Assembly: GCA_030141605.1 (NCBI GenBank)
Contig: JAQGDQ010000361.1
Span: forward strand, 173,209 to 237,208
Length of the DNA: 64,000 nt
DNA from: Tubiluchus corallicola
Taxonomy: Eukaryota; Animalia; Priapulida
Reading direction: 5' to 3'
This document shows positions 55,864 to 64,000 of this stretch, piece by piece (the first letter of the stretch is position 1; the number at the start of each line of letters is the position of its first letter). The position numbers and the translations under genes were made by a program. The notes under the pieces are model-generated. The model ran no database searches, was not told the origin of the DNA, and saw nothing but the letters and a program-made list of their open reading frames with translations.

Positions 55864-56639
55864 AAAGATTTTTATTTTTATTTTCGTATCATCTATAAAA
55901 CATTCAGGTACATTTAATACAAATGCATCAAATAAGAGCTCAACTTTGAGCCGTAAGAGACCAATGTTTCATATAATTAAAATAAAACAATAAAAAGGTG
56001 ACATATAAGGTGCGTGTAGGTGCTAAGACCGGAAGAAAATTACCCGCCACTAAACCGGTAGTAAAGACCCGTCATTACAATACCGAATGACCACTTCATA
56101 GTTCTAGTCAAATGTTTTAACACTTGGCTTCGAAGAGTCGGTAATTATGTCTGTAACCGAATGACTTATAACCTAATCTGATAGTACAATTTTAGCTACA
56201 ATTCGCCACGGGGCATACTAAGCTCTTGACGTACAGTTTAATTTTGCTTCGCGTCGACTAATAAGAATGACACGTATCGCTGACACTAATACAGAAAACC
56301 TCTTAATACTGGAGGGAAGTTAATTTCGTTTTCCTAATTTTGTTTTCTCTCGCTGTAGTGCTTTTACATTGTTATAATAATAACAGTTCCGAGAAGTGAG
56401 GGTAAATATCTGACAGAAAAACGCCTGGCAGTGACATTGTAATGATGAAAATGAACACAAAAACGTTTGTGGAAACTAATAAAGAGAGATTGCTATCTAG
56501 GAAGCTCTATTAGATTGCTATCTATTGAAATCTCGTTAGAAACAGCACGCCACTATTTTAGGGAAAACACAAGGCCCAATCTTAAACTGTAGCTCAAAAC
56601 AATCTATTTTATAAAATATTGAAAGACAACATAGCGTAT

Positions 56640-56996
56640 TTTCAAGCGTCAAGACATCTTACCAATTGGTGAAAACATTTTAAACAATTAACAATTTTCT
56701 TTTCTGGTTAGATAAGTCTTTCAAGCAGGCAAGCGACATGCTAAGTAACATAACTGGAAAGGTTTTTGGCGCATAGTTTAACATTTCCTTTTCTTCCGCT
56801 GATTTATGCTGTGCGTATATGACGTCATGTAATAGCGACTTCGGAACAGTATTGCGGGAGATTTAAAATGAAGACAAACAAAAAATCATTTCAACGCCAG
56901 TACGATATACGTACAAAATTGCTGTAAAGTAATATAATTTTTTTAAGGTGATTTTTCTGAAACCTAATTCATGTACCCATTTTCTTGTCCATTAAG
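56640..56996 (+). mobile_element. Family C right-end fragment
   Basis: Similarity to 8620-8940 and 25460-25790. Confidence 0.7.
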
Positions 56997-57954
56997 GTAC
57001 ATCCCGTTTCCCGCTGTTTGGATCCACAGTCGCGGACGTAAAATAAAAAAGAATGTTACTAGGTCCCCTGTATTTGTTGCCTTACAGCCTCGCTGTCTGA
57101 TAGTCTGGCAATATGTCGGTTAATTACCGATGTATCGGTTTTTCCCTACTGAGCTGAGCCATCGCTGAGTTCTGGGCATCTGGCATGACAATACATTCAA
57201 TTGTGCAAGTCATTTCGGATGAAGCGCTTCCGTCTGATCGTTCACTCAGAAACACTCTCGATATCCAGCAATGCCTTTATTGTAAATATAATCTAGAGCA
57301 AAATAATCATATGCGTGTGTTCTTTTGTTAAATCTTGCTTCACAGTAACATTATTTTAGTGACAGAGAATAATGGATAAACTTACAGGACAGGTTTCACA
57401 ATATTGCTATAACCCGATAAGAAAAAATGTGAAAAATGTCAGCCTTCACCCTCAGACGTTATTTGCACGCCGGGATGGTGGCTGTTCCATTTCTTTGTGT
57501 TATTATGGTTTTTATGCTCGAATGGCAAAGCTGCTGCTGCTATTGTTGCTGCTACTGCTGCTGCTGCCATTGTTGCTGGCAATGAATTACATGAAACTTA
57601 TATAAATGTGCCTATATAAAGTTAAATAACTATACAGGCTAGAGAAACTCTTGTAATGAGTAACAGTAAATATAATTTATTTTAATGAATCATGTTCGAA
57701 TTTAACTCAGCACCACATCTTCCAGGGACAGTTGATTTTGGATTAGTTTAGTGCATTTATTAGTCTTATTTAAAAAGCAAATATATATATATGTGTGTTT
57801 AAAGCAATTCACTGGTAAAATTTAGTTTGCACGTCTTACTTGTACAAAATGTAAGAACTATAATCCCTACAGTAGTCTAACTTTTTAGACACGTTATTTG
57901 TTTATTTTGGTAATGCAGAGATCAGTGCTTGCAAACACAATTGCAAAAAATTAC

Positions 57955-58314
57955 AATAAGTTTTTTCAAAGTTTCGTTGTGCACTCGCGCAGTTGCTGTA
58001 GGTCAAAGTTTAAGTGTACCAGAGCAACGCCTCTTAACTACAAGCGTCACGTGACATGTTGATAAAGCTTTGCCGTCTGCTGTGTCAGTTCAGTAACTTC
58101 TGTTGCATTAGTGTGATTTACTAGCAGGATGTTGCCTGGGAACAATAAAAAAGAACTAGGTAAGGTTCTAACTAGCTGTTAAAACTGTTAGTGTTGTTTA
58201 CAATGGCATGGGCTGCGAGGCATTTTCAAATATACACAAATGCGTTGTCTGGTACACTTAAACTTTGATCTTGTAACGATCATCATCAATTGCTGTAACT
58301 GTGAAAAGCTTATT
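57955..58314 (+). mobile_element. MITE family A, copy 5
   Basis: Same termini and core. Confidence 0.85.
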
Positions 58315-58810
58315 ATGTCTTTTCTGAACAATTAACAGCATAATATGCAAATAACTAAGGCTCGTTATATTTTTCAGTAACTGCAAACTAAGGATTGATC
58401 CTGACGAACGTCCTTTCCTAAAGAATTTGTGATAGCGATTTAAAAGCTACTAATTGTGATTCTGGCTTAGCAAGACAGATAGCATCATTAGAAATGATTT
58501 CCCTGGAGCGCTGCTGAGTCCAGCTTTCTCAGATTGTTTGGAAAAAACAACTGTAAGCTCTTAGTACAGTGGTCACTCTAAAGAGACTTAAAATTGGGGC
58601 TAAGAATGGTGCGATGACGCTGATAAAAGTGACGAATGGTAACGCTTTCATTAATTTTTGATGATAATGAAAGAGGAAGCACATTTATCTCGTCAGTAAA
58701 AGAGGAGACGGCTGAATTATTCATGTTCCGGGCAACAAATGAGCAGTGCTTTTAGTGTTTATGTTCTGATTTGCGTAATGTGATATTTTCGTGTATTTTG
58801 GTTGCAAAGC

Positions 58811-58893
58811 TACGTCATTGTGACGTCATACTACAGATTAGTTATTTGTCTCCGACGAAACTGCAAATTAGTGGTTGCGTCATGATTACGTCA
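58811..58893. promoter_or_regulatory. CRE/half-CRE cluster upstream of the receptor ATG
   Basis: TACGTCA 58811, TGACGTCA 58821, TGCGTCA 58876, TTACGTCA 58886. Confidence 0.4.
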
Positions 58894-59068
58894 TCATACC
58901 TTATTTGCTTAGCACAGTTTTCGTTTTGGAGTAAAAAAACGTAAAAAGGCTTGCAAAAAATTCTAATTACATGTGAGGCGCTACATTAGCTCAGAAGAAT
59001 CAAGCAATCAACACTGGATAATGCAGTAGAAATAGTTTTATAAAACTGATTATAAAGTTCAGAAAAAA

Positions 59069-59520
59069 ATGGCTGACAGTTTCTATAACGACTCGCTAGA
59101 TGTCTCTCATTTGCCGGCATTGTTTGTGAATCAAACGGAATGTCCCGAGAATTCGTCACTGAATGCATCTTGCTTGGAAGTATTGGAACAAGACGAAAAC
59201 ATCTACATTCAGCCCTGGTTTGTGCAGTTAGTTTACATTATTATGTTTGGAGCTATTGTAGTCATCGCTGCTGGTGGCAACGTCATAGTTATCTGGATTG
59301 TTTTGGCACACAAACGAATGCGCACGGTGACGAACTACTTTTTGCTGAACTTATCTGCGTCTGACTGCCTTATTTCAGTGTTCAATGTGTGCTTTAATTT
59401 TACTTACATGCTGTACGCCGATTGGCCGTTCGGACTGATGTACTGTCGAATCAGCAACTTCGTTGCAACGCTGACGATTTGTGCCAGCACATTTACGTTA
59501 ATGGCTATATCAATTGACAG
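59069..59520 (+). CDS. Tachykinin-like peptide receptor (class A GPCR), first coding exon (N-terminus to TM3); rest of gene beyond window
   Basis: N-glycosylation sequons (NDS, NQT, NSS, NAS); QPW..., GNVIVIWIVLAHKRMRTVTNYFLLNL, WPFG..YC, TLMAISIDR. Ends GAC AG|gtaagc within the DRY motif, as is typical of tachykinin receptors. No next exon was recognised before 64000. Confidence 0.92.
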
Positions 59521-59928
59521 GTAAGCAGCATGGAAGATATTGAAGCTTATATGCTAAAGTAATTCCGCTATTGTTTGTAGTTAGTTAACGTCTTTAGCTG
59601 GTGGCGTTAATGTTTTAGCTTCAATCCGCCTTAAGTATTCAATATTTACTTTTCTCGACCAGAAAGATTTTAAGCAACCTTACTCCGGAAATGACATTGT
59701 AGAAACATCATCAGGCAGAGAGTAGGAGCGTCTGACGTCGTTTAAAATTCCAGAACACAGTGAAAAAAATGACACTACTGCACACGCAGCTGTCACCAAC
59801 CCAACTTGTCTACACTGAACTGCGTGTGTTTTTTATAGTAATAAAAATTAAACTTTCTTCAAAAACATGTGTTGTTTGCAACTGTTAAATTGATTGTGGG
59901 AAATTGTTAATATTGTTGCTGCTGTTGT

Positions 59929-59982
<54 letters not shown>

Positions 59983-60642
59983 TTCTGCTGTTGCTTTTGT
60001 TGCTGTTGCTCAAGGTGTTGCTACTGCAGTTGTCACTCGTTGTTACTGCTGCTGTTGTTGTTGTCGTCATCACCATCACAGTTTTCATTGTCATTTTTAT
60101 AAAACAGGTGTCGTCTTTATTATTGTGTCTGGTGCAAGAAAATGAAAATTTCACCGTCATGATTTTGATAATATGAGACGCATAACGATCGTACAAGATA
60201 TCATTTATTATAATCTCCGACTCAGTATACTTTAGGTATTATTTTCCAGCATTTTGTCTTGCAAATATTTAAAATGTTGTAAATTATTAAAGCCTTTAAA
60301 AGCTTTCTGTGTTACTGCAGTGATTAACGTTTGCATAATGCATAGTGGGACAACGATTAAGCTCAAGGACGCATGCGCTAAAGGTGCTTTGAACTACAAA
60401 TAGTGATGGAGCTAAAATCTTTTTACTTTAAAAAAAGTTTAAAACCGCCAAATGTTAAAATATGATAATTAAAGGCAGGTAATCTGTGTTTGTTAAAGGG
60501 AAGGTAAACCTGTTCTGGGTATTCAGTCTGGTGCATTAAAACTTCAGTGAAAAAGAAAATTTCAGAACCCTCAGAAAAACAAATAACTACCCTTCCTTGT
60601 CTTAATGCTATCTCATTAAGGATTAATCAGTGTAGAGTAAGT

Positions 60643-60673
<31 letters not shown>

Positions 60674-62750
60674 CATCTATTTATCACATTTTACACTAAA
60701 TACGGGACATATAACAACAACATAATTTAGTATGAGGGTATTTAGGACTGATATGACAATATATTTTACAAATTGTATAAAAAAAGATTAAACAGCTTAT
60801 GACCAATAATAGACCTCCACAAAATGTGCCAAAAAGCCTACACTATTATATAAGTTAACTTATAAAATAGCAACAAACAGCAAAACACAGAAAAAGCCGT
60901 TCAGTGTTCCGTGGAGGCTATGGATGCACCTAAATCTTTTAAGCAAGTACTTGCATCTGGATTTTAATATTGTTAAACTATAACACAGTGATGCAGCTGG
61001 CATAGTTTATACACTAGTAAAATCTTAGTGCAAGATGTATGCAGGCTCGAGCAGCTGTTTCCCAAAAAATGGTGATTTAGCAGTTTGCATGGTCACTGAT
61101 GGCTAACATACAAAGCACACAAAAGACAGGCTTATGCAAAGCTTGTGGGCCATATTTCGCAGGCTAACTTCACCAGTTATAATTAACTATAAACTTCAAG
61201 CATAGTATTACTTGCTTCCACTAACACTATAATATAATATCATATTTACACTACATCATGACAACTTCAACACGACACAGTCCTAGCCTCTCAACAAGAT
61301 TATTAAATTATTAGTGACAAGATTGTTAAATGAGTAAATTATCTGAGTTAGTGATGTTCAAGTGATTGATGAAAGGGTGGCGAAAAACTAAAAGTTACCA
61401 AAGTCAACCACCCTGATGCATTCGAGGTAATTACTGTACTTACAAGGCTTAAAAATGCTTTACAAATGACTTTTAAGTTAAAACTCATATACAGGATCTG
61501 ATGGAGAAAAAAAATCAAAAATCAAGACTGCCGAAAGCTGATCTGTTTTTCTCTGTCTTTCTCTCCGTTTCCGTTTTTTTCTTTTTTGTTCTCTCTCTGT
61601 TGTTTCATCGTGTTCCAACCTTTTTTCATCTTAAAATAGTTTCTATTAAATGTTTCTGCCTTTTCCTTGTCCACTCTTTCTCTACCTTTCTTCTGTCACG
61701 GAATTCTACCCAACCCTTCCATTCCTTCTCTATTTTTCTTCCTGCATTTTCCCCCTCAGGCTTCCCCTTTCCTCCTACTTTTTTCCACCTCCTTCAATTT
61801 CTATTTCTCACCTTCTCTTCCTCTTCTCACGTTCCTCTTCCCGCTACAAAGCGTCAGCAGCTGAAAACATCCAGACTCGTTTTAATGAACCTAATGTGTT
61901 TCTAGTTTGTGTAAATGGACTACATTCAGACCACATTAGTGGCTTCCGCTTAGAAGCATAGAGAGCTCTCTATGAAGATTATAAACAGCAGGAATTCCCA
62001 GTGGTGAAAATATTCTCTCTGAAATATGATATTTAAAAGCGTCTTCTAAGAGCAAAAATTTCGCTATAAAAGTGTTGTTGTGTATAGGTTATTGTCTCTA
62101 ACGTTGAAATATCCGTTGCAACAAAGCTTTTGTAATACCTGATGTAAAGATAATCAAAATTTATTGCACAACGCGTCTCGAACAAAAACTGGTCATGATC
62201 AATGTTTCGTAACAAGAAGCTGTAGCTAAAACAATAAAGGCTAGGGGAATTTTAATATTATTATTATGACAATAATATTATAAAATTTTACAACAGTATT
62301 GTATAACGTGGAGCTGATTGTGCTTATGCGCATGTCACGTAGTACTTGTGAAGAAAACGTAAAAAAGCAGCAGTAAATGTGAAATTATAGAATTAAATAG
62401 CTCGCCGGACATCTAATCCATTGTGCTCCATGCTGGTTACCATTACGGAGCAAGTGCTGAGGTGGAAAACGCATCTGCCCGTGAGCCCACTGAACCGACG
62501 AGGCCATTCCATGCAATGGCTTCGCATGGACGAGACCACGACAATGTAGAGGGTTGGGTCGAAAATAAATGGCATTTCGCTCCAGTAACAATATTATAAA
62601 ATTTCAATTCAATGTGACAACAATGCATCAATATTGGATCTAAAACGGTACAACGTTCCTCATGTTATAAATTAAAATTTCCCTGACTGTTGTCTTTTAT
62701 CAGCTTTTGGTCGAAAATCGTTAAACTATAAATTTTCAATATCTTTACAA

Positions 62751-62878
<128 letters not shown>

Positions 62879-63627
62879 TTTTTTTTCATACATTAGAAAG
62901 TGCATAGCATTGTATAGAAGTTTTAGTTATTATTTATAAATGTTTTGAGACGGTAAAATTACGTTTTGAATATTTTACTGTATTATCTCTGTTGCTCCCA
63001 TATTTATACATTTACACTTTCTCTTGGACTACTTAATGTCATAAAATAAGTCACTTCACTGAGTAACAAAGTTACCAAATGATTTCTCGAAGCCACGGAT
63101 TGTATTATTTGTTCAATATTGGGTCAAAATTTTGCGCAAGCAAAAACTTCACATCAAAAAAAAAATGGAGGTGATGCATTTATTCAAAGATAAGTCTATC
63201 ATCAAACAGTAATGCTGCCAGCTTTTGCATTCAAAAGATTTCTTCCAGATGTCCCATAATCTTCATAGGCAAATTGCATTTTTGCGTCATTTTCCAAGTT
63301 ACGTATATTTACGTAGGGAAAACCTTAAAAGGAAAACACGTAAGCTGCAGTGAAATTCTTTTATACTGAGAAGAAAGAGTCTTCTTTTATTCCTGTGTGC
63401 TATTGTATGTGAAAATCAAAGTAGTTTTTGCCCAAATTACGCACGGTACTTAAGTTGTTTACATGTGGCTTATTAAAGGTGGAAGCCCACAGTCTGTGAT
63501 TGGTCAGTAGCACCAAAGAGCAGCAAAGCGCGGCAAAGTTTTGGAAAATATGAATAAGAAGCAGAATATAAAAAGTTAGAGGAAAACAATATGTAATTTT
63601 AAACGATGTCTCAAAAGTAATATATTG

Positions 63628-63993
<366 letters not shown>

Positions 63994-64000
63994 GGGCACA

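Noticed and set aside
62395-62580. GC-richer island as possible receptor exon 2
   Set aside because: No plus-strand frame gives the expected Y-x-A-I-x-x-P continuation after DR; identity unknown.

Overview
AT-rich, microsatellite- and transposon-dense invertebrate animal genomic DNA with spliceosomal introns; the species cannot be identified from the sequence. Five loci were reconstructed by reading splice sites by hand. (1) The 3' end of a synaptophysin/synaptoporin-like MARVEL gene (+, 778-2484) with two possible C-termini. (2) A complete 10-exon astacin metalloprotease with four ShK domains (-, 4899-11834). (3) A complete 4-exon CD225/dispanin (IFITM/PRRT-like) gene (-, 12859-18130). (4) A GT31 beta-1,3-glycosyltransferase locus (-). 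Here one signal-anchor exon (26866-27035, phase-2 donor) lies upstream of two tandem, diverged, complete catalytic exons (21723-22704 and 20232-21183), both with phase-2 acceptors. This suggests one gene making two enzymes by alternative terminal exons, possibly driven by a solo LTR at 28257-29208. (5) The first coding exon of a tachykinin-like peptide receptor (+, 59069-59520). The gene-poor middle contains several MITE families, tRNA-derived SINEs, LINE remnants, a ~1.4 kb fold-back inverted duplication, an 8 kb-spaced inverted duplication with uneven divergence, and a candidate distal promoter. All gene models are manual and lack transcript support.
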